A DNA stretch of 64,000 nucleotides from Trichosphaerium sp. ATCC 40318. Taxonomy: Eukaryota > Protista > Tubulinea. The notes beneath the pieces are model-generated. The model was given only the letters and a program-made list of their open reading frames with translations, made no database searches and was not told where the DNA came from. This document shows positions 1-12,511 of the stretch, piece after piece. Both the position numbers and the translations under genes were made by a program. The stretch spans positions 62,001-126,000 of the forward strand of contig JALMLS010000256.1 of NCBI GenBank assembly GCA_038496445.1, read 5' to 3'. Within the stretch, counting starts at the first letter, position 1, and every line of letters begins with the position of its first letter.

Positions 1-177
1 TGCCATATTGTCATTATGAGTCACGGATTGTATTTCAACAATTTATATTGCACACGTTTCTTTGCCATTCATGCAGCACCTACAAATCGTTCGATTTGTG
101 TGAGTCCGAAACCATAACGAGGTAAGTAAATACATTGAGTTAATTTATTTTCTTTATAATACATTTCACGTCAAACC

Positions 178-2301
178 TTAAACATCTTCTCCTTTCTGTT
201 CTTGTTCCTTCTCACCAATATCTTTTACAACTATGGATGGTTCTGGTGAAGAAACAGTACTTAATCTACAACTCAAAGTCACTCATGGCGTCCATAAAAC
301 ATTATAAATAAAACGAAAGAACAGGCAACGCTTTGAAAAAACATTCATTGCTTGATTTACCTAAACAGAAGCCTTACCTTTTGCCTCAGGCAAATCACGC
401 AAGCTTCGCCTGAGTACAGTAGGATTGACTCTGCTATTTGAAGCGTACAAGATTGCAATCATGCCGCATACTGCGCCCAATGCGGCAGGAGCCCATGGAC
501 CCACCCTTTGCATTGCCATACCTCCTGAAAAACAAGTAAGATCGAGAATAGGATTAAAGGCTTATTACTTACCCAGTAATGGTGTCAAGGCTCTACAAAT
601 ACTCTCAAGTGAGTTACTTAACCCTACTACTGTACCAACAGTCGATTTTGTGGCAGTCTATAAAGAGAGTATGTCAGAAAAGAACTATGATACTAGCTAA
701 AAGAAATAAACTGTATGTTACTTACCTTTGTTATTGAACTGACTAAGCTTGTTTTTATTACACTACCAGTAACCATGAATGGAATGAGAACAATCATAAG
801 CATAACGATTCCCTTTGTATAGACCAAAACTAAAAGCAAAAAAAAATTAACTTCTTATCATAAAAGGTTCATAAATTGTTACCTAATAGACAAATTGTAT
901 TGATAACAATAGATCTCCATATCAATATTTCCTCTCTAAGAAATGTTAGTTTCTCAGTGAGATCAAAACGCCGGTAAGCAAAAAAAAAAAGGAAAAGACA
1001 ATGATCGTAAAAATTTACCTGACACGTGTCACCAAGTATGGAAGTATTAACGATGATGTGACTACTGTTACTATACCCATATACGATAATAAAAATCCGT
1101 TAGACCTTGGATTAAGTCCGAGCTGTTCTTGCAGTATCAAAGAAAAGTTATGAGAGTAAAAGAATTGAGCCTACGTAAACCAATTACAATTTTAAAGCAT
1201 TGACATTTTGCACTAAATGAATATTCACTTACCAGTAAAGTGATAGCCTGTAATATGATGAAATGACGCAGGATAGGAGAAGATAGAGCGCCCCATGCAT
1301 CGCTACTAAACCAAGATGATGATTCTGATCCTTTCTTTGGCTGTGGTTCTGGTCTTTTGTTCATAGTTGTTGATTCCGGTAAGAAAAAGAAAGCTATTAT
1401 AATGTTGAACAAATACATGCTACACGAAGCATATGCTGCCAATTTAAAGTCAATTCCTGCCAAGTAACCACCAAGTGCTGTGCCAAGGATCCAACCGAGT
1501 CCTGCATAAAAAAGGAAACTTAGAAACGCGTGTACAATCTCGATAATAAATCTTTTCCACGCGTTGACGTACCCACTGATGTACCCATGTATGATAACGC
1601 ACGTGTACGTTCCTCCTTTGTTGTTACATCGGACATATAAGCGTAGCTTACAGACATTGTTTGTTTAAATAAACCAACAGGTATGCGACTGTAGCATAGG
1701 TCAGAGCATTGAAGAAAAAAAAAGCAAAAGAAGAAAAAAACTTGGGTATTGCCCCAAAAAATATCTTTCGCCACGTGGCGCCATAAGAGCGTTTGTAGTA
1801 ACGCGTTACTTACCTGAGAAATAATACTGTGAGTGTTGTCGCTTGACTAAGACCAAAATAAGAAACGAGCGCCCCAGCAAAGCTGAGTAGCAACACGATC
1901 TTACGGCCTACTTTATCGCTCAATCTACCCACTTTTTGTGACAATTAGCATTTTCTCGGTTTTTATACGCGTGACAGTATGACGTACTTATGCTAGCGCC
2001 GGCAATTTGCATAATGCCATAGACTGTCATCAACAACCCTCTTGTTTCTGGCCCAGCACCGACTTGTTTGCCTAAAACACAGCATTAGCGCCACAGCAAC
2101 ATTTATGTACTGAAACACTACAAAAACTTATCTAAACGCACCGATGTACGGCAACGACGGTACAATAAGACCAACGCCAATGATATCTATAAGTACGATT
2201 AAAAACTGCTTCTTATTTCATAAATAGTGTTTCTCCTCACCAACGAAGACGAGGAAATTCAAGATATAAACTGCATACTTCTTGTCTTTGGGAGTTTTCA
2301 T
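178..2301 (-). CDS. Major facilitator superfamily transporter (DHA1/tetracycline-resistance-like), multi-exon
   Basis: Spliced exons give GRLSDKVGRKIVLLLS (MFS motif A), RIPVGLFKQTMSVSYAYMSDVTTKEERTRALSYMG, LGWILGTALGGYL and many hydrophobic helices; ATG at 2301, TAA at 178-180. Confidence 0.85.
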
Positions 2302-2391
2302 ATTGGCTTGCAAAATGATTCTAAAAATTATTCTCTGAGTTGACTTTTTCTTGCGTGATAATTTTACAATACTAGCATCTATACAACAAGC

Positions 2392-4563
2392 ATGTTACGT
2401 ACATACGGATTAATGAGAAACCGCAATGTTGCTGTGCGAACTTGCACAAAAGCTACCAAAACAAAGCAACGGATGATACACACGTCTGTTAAGACGCAAT
2501 CGGTACATTGGAAGCGTAAAAGTGTGTTTTGACGTAATTGAGGCTCACCCGTCTTTGTCTACCTTCTCAGACGAGGAAATTATGCTAAGAGACTCCACTC
2601 GCGACTTTGCAACAAACGAAATTGAACCGTTGGTCTCTAAGATGGATAAGGAGAGCCAAATGGACAAACCGCTCCTTGGAAAGCTATTTGAGCAAGGTAC
2701 GAAACATTATACTTCCGTGTCGTAACAGCAACTTCTAAAAGTAGTGCAAAATGACGCTAAAACAATTAAACTATAGGCCTAATGGGTATTGAAATACCAG
2801 AGAAATACGATGGCGCAGGAATGTCGTTTACATCCGCTATTGTTGCCATTGAAGAGATTGCGCGTGTAGACCCTGCTGTTAGTGTCATCGCAGATGTACA
2901 GGTAAATGTCATTTTCCCGTTAATATTTATTTTTACGGTTAAAACGCTGTAAAAACCTTCGCTATACACTACATCTCCTCTAGTGTATGCGCGGAGATAA
3001 CAAACAGTCGTAATTTTCAGCGCAATGACGCTTTAAAAAATAAGTTGTTAACCAATAACATAGAATACTCTTGTAATCAACGCTCTAAGAAACATGGGCA
3101 CACAACAACAACATGATAAATATTTCCCTAAACTAGCCACTGACACTGTCGGTTGTTTTTGCCTTTCTGAGTGGGAATCAGGATCAGATGTACGCTTGTA
3201 GAGCCATTTGTTTATTCATCACGTGTTAACTCGTACATCTTTAGGCTTTTGCTATGAAGACCAAAGTAGTACGTCTTGCCTCATACTCCTTCAACAACAC
3301 CCTGTGTCCTTGTGGTGCTTACCAGAACTGTTTGTACTCATACTATGTTTAGGACAAAGTAGGAAGTGATTATGTTATTAATGGATCGAAAGCTTGGATT
3401 ACTAATTCTAAGGAAGCTGGTTTGTTCCTTGTTTTCGCAAACTTGGATAAAGAAAATCTCGGTTACAAGGTGAAGTGATTATTAACGTGACTGAGAATCT
3501 ACTGACCTCGACTTTAGGGTATCACAGCGTTTTTGGTTGACAAGAACAACCCTGGATTGAAAGTAGGTAAAAAAGAAGATAAGGTACGTCAGCTTGTTAT
3601 TTTCGTTTCTTTTTGTTTGGTTGCTGTACTAACTCGATTGCTCAGTTGGGTATCCGTGCTTCTTCAACATGTGAAGTACTCTTTGAAGACTGCAAAGTAT
3701 CAAGCGATGCATTGCTTGGTGTACGTTATAAACATTCAGCATGACGATCTGTCACAAAAAAATATTATTCTAAACTAAGTTAACGTTTTGACATCTGATA
3801 GGAGGAAGGAAAAGGTTATAAGATTGCTATTGGTACTTTGAATGAAGGACGTATTGGTATCGCTGCGCAAATGCTTGGTTTAGCAGAGGTAAGAAAGGTT
3901 TTTTAAAGAACACCTTTAGTAGTTGTTTTTTTTTTAAATGTCTGTTTACAATGCTAAAAATATTGTGTTAGGGAGCGTATGCAAAGACAATACCATACTT
4001 ATTACAACGTAAACAATTCGGAAAGGAAATTGCAAAGTTTCAAGGAGTAGAATTCGCATACGGAAACATGGCCACAGGTATCCTTTACTTAATTTCTTTT
4101 TATTCTGGCGATACAGTTAGTCTAATAATTTACTATAGAAATTGAGGCTGGTAGATTGCTTGTCTATAATGCTGCTCGTCTTAAGGACGAAGGAAAACCT
4201 TTCACACAAGAGGCTGCGATGGCAAAGTTGTATTGTTCACAGGTAAGCTCGAAAGAAAACCACTTTCACAGTCTGTTTTTAAACCAGATTTTTTTTTGTT
4301 GTTGACTTGTCAATTGAATCTAATGTGTGCTAGATGGCTGAGCGTGTAGCTTCCAAATGTCTTGAACTCATGGGTGGTGTCGGTTTTACCAAAGAGTTTC
4401 CTCAAGAGAAGTTCTTCCGAGACGTAAAAATTGGACAAATTTACGAAGGTATGTTTATTCTAGGTCTGTTTACGGTTTTTGTTCTGACTCTGTGACTGCA
4501 GGAACAACGAATATTCAATTACAAACAATAGCAAAAGCAGAAAGAGCTAAGTTCGATCAATAA
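2392..4563 (+). CDS. ACADSB: Short/branched-chain acyl-CoA dehydrogenase, mitochondrial, multi-exon
   Basis: Basic presequence [16 protein letters not shown]; [86 protein letters not shown]. Confidence 0.9.
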
Positions 4564-4672
4564 GTCATTTTTTGTACAATAATACACAGACGACAACGTA
4601 TCATTTACTATTCAATTGGTATTAGATTATTTGGAATCGGTGGGAGTAATTTCGTTAATCAATCACATCAAA

Positions 4673-4744
4673 TCCCTATTGGTGTAATGGTTAACATTTT
4701 CGGTTTTCATCCGGAGGCTCGGGGTTCGATTCCCCGATAGGGAG
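4673..4744 (+). tRNA. tRNA-Glu(TTC)
   Basis: Acceptor stem TCCCTAT/ATAGGGA, D-arm TGGTGTAATGG, anticodon stem TTCGG/CCGGA with loop TTTTCAT, T-arm GGTTCGATTCC, downstream oligo-T Pol III terminator. Confidence 0.93.
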
Positions 4745-5157
4745 TAGCCTTTTTGCTTTTTTTCCCAATTTCAACATGCCACAACCATGGTTGAACAACT
4801 AGCGCTTAACCCACGTATGTAACCACCCATGGCCAGCTTGTTTTCGAAGTGGCTGGCAGCTAAAATTCTCCCAGCAAATATAGAAACCAAAACAAATTGA
4901 AAGGATTTTTTTGTTCTACCTTCATGTCATTCAACAGTGTCGCTGTGCCAAAAGAAGCAGTAGTCCGAAAAAGAAATCATTGTCGTACGACCTCGACAGT
5001 TTCCGTTTTAAACCCATAAAAAAAAGCCCTTTTGTTGATAAACGTCCAGATAGCCAAATCACGTGAGAAGAAAAAAATAGGTCTGAACAAAATCAAAAAG
5101 AATAACATTACTTTTAAATAACATTTATTTAGTTATGTAGTTTGTTCAAAAAGGTTA

Positions 5158-6195
5158 CTAATTGTTATTCGTAATCCGCTGATCAGTAGGTTTGCGTTTG
5201 GATCTTACTGGTCGGCGTTTTTTACTCTGTAGCGAACTGTAGGTGCACTTGCCATTCTTGTACTTTTCTTTCAAAACGAGTTTACCTTCTTTATTCCATT
5301 CTTTTGTATCTCCATGGCGGACTCCTTGGTGATAAGATATACTCAACTTCAAACCACCTTGTTTATACCACTCCTGGTATAAATTTTCTACGCCATAGGT
5401 GAAGGTACGGCATGAAAACAAGAGATTCTCGAAATTTTCTTCTTCTTCTTTTTCAACTTCACCGAAGTATATTGTTATCATTTGATGGTAGTATGTCTTG
5501 GACTCTCCGTGGTATTGCCCTTCATGGAAATTGTCAATGATACTTAAAGTTCCGTTGTGAAAGTATTGTCTACATTCACCGTGCATTTTACCATGCTTGA
5601 AATTGTAGACATACTCATCACGAAAGCATGAAAAGACACCATGTTTGTTTAACATGTAATCAAATCTTGACTCGATTGCAAATGACTTGCAGAGTAGTGG
5701 CCATTTAACATACACATTTTTGTCTAAATCCATAAACATTCGATGAATCTCTGGAGGCAAGTCTTTGAGACTTGACTTGTTCAACAATTTGTCAGTTTTA
5801 GAATAAAAGTCATCGCAAATGAAGTCGACAGCTTTAAACGCTTCAAAAGCATTTTCAGAATTGGATGTGGACACAGGTTCAAATGGGTTATAACTACAAT
5901 TTAAGAGCGCTAAAATAACTGTTAGAACGAAGAAAAACAAGAAAAAGAAAAAACCAAAAAAGGACTACAAGGGTTTTCTTTCCAAACTCAACGGACAGAG
6001 TCCTGTTTAAGTAAAGCAGCAAACACTAGACACTGAATATTTACTGATTAATAAATTCGTGGTAAAGTGCTTATCGTCAAAATAAAAAACCTTGTTTTGG
6101 AAGTTCCATACCTTCACCAAAGACTGGCATCTTGTTTTGAACTGATAGTTGTTCTTTGTCCTTTTCTTGTTTGTCAAACGATGCAGCATGCGCAT
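5158..6195 (-). CDS. F-box-like plus MORN-variant (MORN_2/YwqK-like) repeat protein
   Basis: LKDLPPEIHRMF...WPLLCKSF followed by G-x-x-HG-x-x-x-x-Y/W repeats (GKMHGECRQYFHNGTL, GQYHGESKTY, GVRHGDTKEWNKEGKL); probable short first exon 6195-~6112 with GTATGG donor and CTAAC..TTTAG acceptor near 5910. Confidence 0.7.
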
Positions 6196-6700
6196 TGTTG
6201 TCTGAAATGCTAGTAGCTGAAAAGAAATTGCAGATGTGAGGCCGGGCGCGAGACATGTTGTGTAGCTGACTATTAAGCTTATTCTCTTAACAGTCGCTTA
6301 AAGCTTCTGGGAAACTATCCACGTGGAAAAAAAAAATGCAATGTACAACAAACGAGTATCCTAAGACAACGCTGACAATATTCTACGAAATGCGATTTCA
6401 TAGTTTAAAACCCAACCCAGTAGTAGCTAAGCTCAGACCACAGTATGACTCAAAAATCTTTATTACAAATTTCCTTTTTAGTTTTGAGTTTTTTTCTTGG
6501 AGTGGCTCACTGTCTCACTTTTCCTCGGCCGCTAAAATCTTTTCCAACATTTCATTTCGCGTTTTATGGTTATCACCTACAAGCAATGTGAGAATGAAAG
6601 CTGGGTTTTTATCTTTGATAAACAAACAGAAAATCCAACAGCTTTTCTTTTACAGTAGTTGTAATTCTTTAGAACTAAAATGTACTATTAAATGCCAACT

Positions 6701-7027
6701 TAACGCCCTTCCGTTATGAATACAAGCAATATTCATATTCATTAGCCCGTAAGCCATATTCATTATTATTTGGTGAGTCAGGTTGTTGAGGAGCTTTTGG
6801 TTTGTAGCACCTAGGATGTTCCAAATGGATAGATTCAACAAGTATGTCTTTAAAACCGAATTGGAAATAGTCAACAGAACACCAAAAGCCACAAATCCAG
6901 TCAAAATCAGCCATCAAATTGCACAATTTTCGACCGTTTACTGTGTGCATGAATAATGAATGAATTTTTTTTGTCGTGAATGTAGGCTGTATTTGAATAT
7001 TCAAATTATTCAATCATAAGGGCGTTA
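6701..7027 (+). mobile_element. Non-autonomous TIR element (MITE), copy 1
   Basis: Starts TAACGCCCTTCCGTTATGAAT, ends AAGGGCGTTA; body aligns closely with 9186-9533 and, inverted, 59750-60022. Confidence 0.85.
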
Positions 7028-7630
7028 CACTTTACTTGTTTCAGAAAGGGTATATCCATACTGTTCATAGAAACCCTGTATCAGCGATATGCTACTACCA
7101 TAATCTGTTGGAGGAAATATTACCTCATATTAGAACTGGAAGCTGTATTAAGCGTTGGTACATTGCAAGAATGACAAAGAATAAACGGTTGAGCATACAC
7201 CAATCGGGATGAGTAAACTGCACCATAAAGCTGTTAAATTAAAGGTTGTCTTGCTGTGCTTGAACGTCGGTCAGAAAATCAGTTGTATGTTTTGGTTGCC
7301 ACACTAGTGAGAGACCCATGTTTTCAGTTGTCTACAAACAGTTTAAAGCCAGGTTTTGGTTTAGGCAATTAATAGCAAGACAACGTTTGTTCCATAGTAT
7401 TTTCAATATCGGCATTGTACATTCCCCATGGTACATGAGATCCGCGAGGGCAATGTCATGAGTACTCAGCCTCGTTTACATTGTTCAGTTTGAGGTTAGT
7501 CTGAAAAATCCTGCTAGTTTAATCAGAACCCTACAACAAGATAGACAAAAATATGATGTTGATTTAAAGTTGTGTTTATTAACAGTATTTACATAATATA
7601 TAATTCAGTGGTAAGAAATCAGATGTGCGT

Positions 7631-8611
7631 TCATACTTTTGCTAACGCTGGTTTGAATTTCTTGAGTGCTGGATCATCTTTACTCGTCAAACCTTTCTTT
7701 GCTTTACGAACTTGTTCGACAACTTTATCAAACTTTTTCATATCAGGTACTTCAAATATGCCATCTCCATTGATCTTGTTATTTGGCATCTTCTTATATC
7801 GTTGTGCTTGTTTTGTATCTTTACCCCAACCACATGCCCAAAGTGCATCAGGCTCAACAAGTGGATGAATAGAACCTTTTGAATCCAAGTAGAATCCACT
7901 TTTAAACCCTTGGCATCCTGTTTTGTTGATCACTTTGCGAGCACCCTTCAATACCTCAAGTACAGCTGCAAGTGTTGCATTGGCTTTTGGCATTCCTGTC
8001 ATTATGTAAAACGTTCTTTTGCTGATTGGTTGATTTCCTAGACAAGAGGGTGAGTCATACACCGATCAAAAGTAACAAAGCAACAAGTACCTAAACCAGA
8101 CTTGATTTTTTCTTCAATCCAAGCAGTACGAACTGCTTTTTGAACCTTGTCATATGTTGTCCACCATGTCTTCATTGAGCAAGAGTCGCTGATATGAGCA
8201 CAATAATTTGTACCATTTGGATTTGGGCTGATGATTCCGACACATGGACCCAAGCCAGCAACACCACAAGGTTTTGCTATCGTAAACTGTTAGACTAAAT
8301 TTCACAGCTAAAAATGAGAACATACGCAGTGACTTCATGAATGTGCCTCCAACACCTCCTCCAACAGTTGCAGGTTTTACTGTGGGTTTCTTTGTACTAT
8401 CGTGAAGTCAGAATACAAAATAGATGAAACCAAAGACGTACACTTTCTCTCCATGAGCTTTCTTTTGAAGCATTTGTTGTTTTCGTTGTTTGGCTTCTTC
8501 TCTCATTCGAAGTTGTTTTTCTGTTGGTGGTGCCTTTGCTGGTTTCTTTTTTTGAGTAACACGTTTCTTTGTCTTGTTGGCATTGTTTCTTGATCCCTGT
8601 TTGTTTGACAT
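7631..8611 (-). CDS. Putative CheD/CNF1/YfiH-fold Cys-His hydrolase (deamidase-like) with basic N-terminus; 4 exons
   Basis: Phase-consistent splicing gives ...KSLPKPCGVAGLGPCVGIISPNPNGTNYCAHISD...; GLGPCV-x-AH resembles the CheD LGSCV...AH motif. Confidence 0.55.
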
Positions 8612-9185
8612 ATTGATTGGACTTTTGTTATTTGTTTAGTTGTTGTGTGTGCTGTGTTGGTTGTTGATTTTGATTTTTTTAAAGTCAGTGAAACAAGAAT
8701 GATGCGACAACCCACTTTGGTCTTCTCGATACACACTTTGCTGCACGAGTACTTCTTTCGCGATTTTTAGCGTTAGCAAGTATTAATACAATGTATTAGA
8801 GCTTTATCAACCTATTCAATGGTATGCATATTTGTAGGCCTACTAAAACGCCTTTGGCGGGTTACCCACGCTCGCGCTTAACACAAGAACGTGACTAGAC
8901 GCCCTACTATCAATAGGTTGTTAATAATACCTTCTTTATGTGAAATCCCATCGAGAAACATCGTGAACAAATACCACGGTTCTTTACATGAGAAAGTACG
9001 AATGACTAACAGTAAACGATTTTATTCAATCTAAAAACTGGAAATATCACGTGTCACTGTAATCAAAAAACTCTAAATTAATATCAGATAACTAACAATA
9101 GTTGTCATGCTGTGCTTGAATTGGTAGGTTTGAGAATCAGCTGTACTTTTGGGATGAATACAACCAAATTATTGATACTGTCACC

Positions 9186-9533
9186 TAACGCCCTTCCGTT
9201 ATGAATACAAGCAATATTCATATTCATTGTCCCGTAAGCCATATTCATTTATTCATTCATGAATATTCATGAGCGTTTGGTGAGTCAGGATGTTGAGGAG
9301 CTTTTGGTTTGTAGCACCTAGCGATGTTCCAAATAGATAGATTCAACAAGTTGCATTTGAAAACCGAATTGGAATAGTCAGAACACCAAAACCTACAAAT
9401 CCAGTCAAAATCAGCCTTCAAATTGCACAATTTTCGACCGTTTACTGCATGAATAATGAATGAATTTTTTTAGTCGTGAATATTTGTGAATGTAGGCTGT
9501 ATTTGAATATTCATTCATAACGGAAGGGCGCTA
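9186..9533 (+). mobile_element. MITE copy 2 (same orientation as copy 1)
   Basis: TIR TAACGCCCTTCCGTTATGAAT ... ATTCATAACGGAAGGGCGCTA. Confidence 0.87.
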
Positions 9534-9958
9534 GTTTCATCCTAACTCTTAGATATGTCACTTTTTTGTAGGCTGTCAGTGAAGATCAAAATTGTGCAAA
9601 TCTCTACAAAGAAAACTCATTTAGTCTTCATTGTCTCTAGATTAAACAATCTTCGCAAACTAATACCCACTCCCACCATATAAATAACATACATACCGGT
9701 AACTTTTAGGTTGTAGTCGACACGTGCTATTTACAATAGGCTGAAAACCAAACAATTTTTCCAGTTTTTCTTATTTCGGTCCCAAGTTCTCAGACAAAGG
9801 TTAACTTGTAACGAATGTTTGTAAGCGCTAAGGCAGGACCAGATCATAGCCATACTCTGTATTAGCCACAGTTAAGTGCCTCTGACTTAATGTATTTTGG
9901 TCAAACTTTGCAAAGTTTTCAGTTTTTCGATTTTACACGCACGTGAAGTTTGAAAAAC

Positions 9959-12369
9959 ATGCCAAAGTTTCTTATTCTAGTACTGGTGGTACTTTTATCA
10001 GTTTCCTATGCCCAAAAGCCGAATTTCGTCTTTATACTCGCTGACGTAAGTCAATAAACTAAAAAAATGAGGGAAACTAATTTACGTTGTGTAGGACATG
10101 GGTTGGGGTGATATGGGTTATAATAACGGAACTGTACGTCTTAATATCTCCATCTACGCATAACTCTTTTCTTCAAGGCTTCTACACCTAATCTAGACGC
10201 AATGTCAACTTCCCGAAATACAGTGGTTTTTGAAAGGTTGTTCTACTTTTCTTAGTTCCAACCACGATTTATTTTTTGGTTTAGGTTTTATTCTGGTGGA
10301 CCTGTCTGTTCTCCTACAAGATCTACAGTACTTACCGGTCGTAATCATAACAGAGAATGTATTTACACTGCCAACGCTGGGGGCAGTACGTACTATAGTT
10401 AGTTACTTTAACTTTTTTGACACTATTGAAGATACTCCTGACTTTGCCAAACCCGAGAAAATGGCCCTACCAACCGAGTATGATACCTAATTCATAGAAT
10501 TTTCTTACTTATGTGTTATCAAGCGTTTTCACAGTTGCTGAAGCTGCTAAACAAGCAGGATATACAACTAAACATATCGGAAAATGGTATTAACAAAATA
10601 AATTTGATTTTGTAGTTAATGATTTCGCAAGGCATCTTGGTGATTTTAAAAAGCTTACAGGCACGTGTACCGTATTTTAAGCTTTGGATCACTCACTAGT
10701 CAAACAGGAGGCAACAAGAAATGGCCAGTTTCGCACCCAGGAATGCACGGATTTGACTCTTGGTACCTTAAGATTTGTTTGAGAATAGCCATTGTGACGT
10801 TTTGAAGGTACTCTACAGAGAGAAGCGCGCCATCAGCTACGATGAATTGTGGTTGCTTCCCTCCCTTTACTGGAAATTGTATCACTGGACACTATGGTAA
10901 CTCAACAACACTTCAACTGTTTTAGAAAAAACCCGACTACAAAATATCTTATATGCTAACAACCTACGATTATTAGGTGGATCTCATTTCCCCTGCGTTA
11001 ACTATTGGATGGAAGACGATACATCACCTGATGGTATTAAAAATGAGACTTCTATGGAAACAGGAGATGATAGCGAATGGTTGGTAGATCATTTTGAAGA
11101 TTTCCTAAAGGAAAACAAAGAAGGTCCTTTCATGGTTTTGATATGGCTTCACGTGCGCCAAATTTTGTTGTTTCCTTATATATTCATTAACTGGCTCTCA
11201 TTTAGGCTGTTCACGTTCAATTTCTTGCCACACCAAAATGGAGGGAGTACTACCAAAATAAAAACCCAAACTACTCTTCAGCGCAACTGGATTACTTTGG
11301 TGATCTTTCTGCTCTTGATGTACAGGTTGGAAGGGTTCGTGATCTTCTCAAAGAACATGATGTTGCCGATAATACTATGTTATGGTTTACAGCAGATAAT
11401 GGACCTGAGGCACGTGGCTTTTGATCAATCAATTTCTTTCTTTATCGGGCGCAATAATTATTGTCTTTTAGGGAGATGGTGCTGGTCCTTACGGAAGTAC
11501 CGATTGGCCTGGATCAACTAACGGATTGAGGTACTCCCAATTCATTTATAGTGGTGGTTTGTAACGGTATTTCTCAAAAGGGGCCGTAAACGATCTTTGT
11601 TTGAAGGTGGTGTTCGCGTTGCCGGGATGATAGAGTGGCCTAAAAAAATCACCAAGAATGCTCATACTTCGTTTCCCGCTGTTTCTTCTGGTAAGAAATA
11701 CTCTCTGTGAAGGCACTTAGTTGTTGATTCTCTTTCATAGACTTCTTGCCTACAGTGATGGATATTCTAAAGCTAGAACCTAACTCTTCTTGGCCGTTGG
11801 ATGGTATGTCTTTGATTCCAACTCTTGAAAATCCAGCGTCGTCGAATAGATCTAAGCCTGTTGGATTCGAGTATGATATTGGCAGGGGTAATGGTGCAAA
11901 GTACGCAAATTTAATATCCTACGCCTCTTTCAACATCTTATGAATCTGTTAGTATGGATTACGGTTGGCATGCTACTTGGGTAGACAATGAGTGGAAGTT
12001 ATATGCAAAAATAGGTACACTCACGTGTTTACATAACCAAGACGTTTTGCTTACGTTTTTGGTTCAGAAAAGGACGATAGTAGTCCAAATAAAGGAAAGA
12101 TAAGCGAAACCTATTTGTACAACGTGGTTGAAGACTTCAGCGAACAGGTAAGTCAATAACTTTTTTCTTGAATTTTTTTTGCTAGTCTTTGAAGTCTGCG
12201 CACTTCGTAATGCTTTACCCATTACTGAATCTTCATGTAATAGCATGACGTAAAAAGCCAGCATTTGGATCTTGCTAAACAAATGAAACTCGAGCTACAA
12301 AATTGGCGTGAATCAGTATGGATGAGTCAGACAGGACCCAACGAATCTGGTTGCTATGGTACCAGTTAA
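9959..12369 (+). CDS. Arylsulfatase (formylglycine-dependent sulfatase), secreted/lysosomal, multi-exon
   Basis: Signal peptide [18 protein letters not shown]; [74 protein letters not shown]. Confidence 0.92.
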
Positions 12370-12511
12370 AAAGTGCCGCCAACCTTTTAGTGTACAAGCC
12401 TTAAGTTCCAGAGCTTGCTCTAATAAAGATGTTAACTGCCTTAAAATTCGTAGTCAAGGTCCTCAACGTTGTGGTAGTGTAAAAGTACATTGTATTTTAT
12501 TATTGTTTTGT

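Noticed and set aside
4673-4900. tRNA-derived SINE or tRNA-targeted insertion
   Set aside because: The tRNA is intact, single, directly followed by an oligo-T terminator, with no adjacent element evident
6650-7013. ORFs 6650-6904, 6714-7013 and 59773-60009 that look like paralogous proteins
   Set aside because: They are chance frames within the non-coding MITE; indels between copies break the frames
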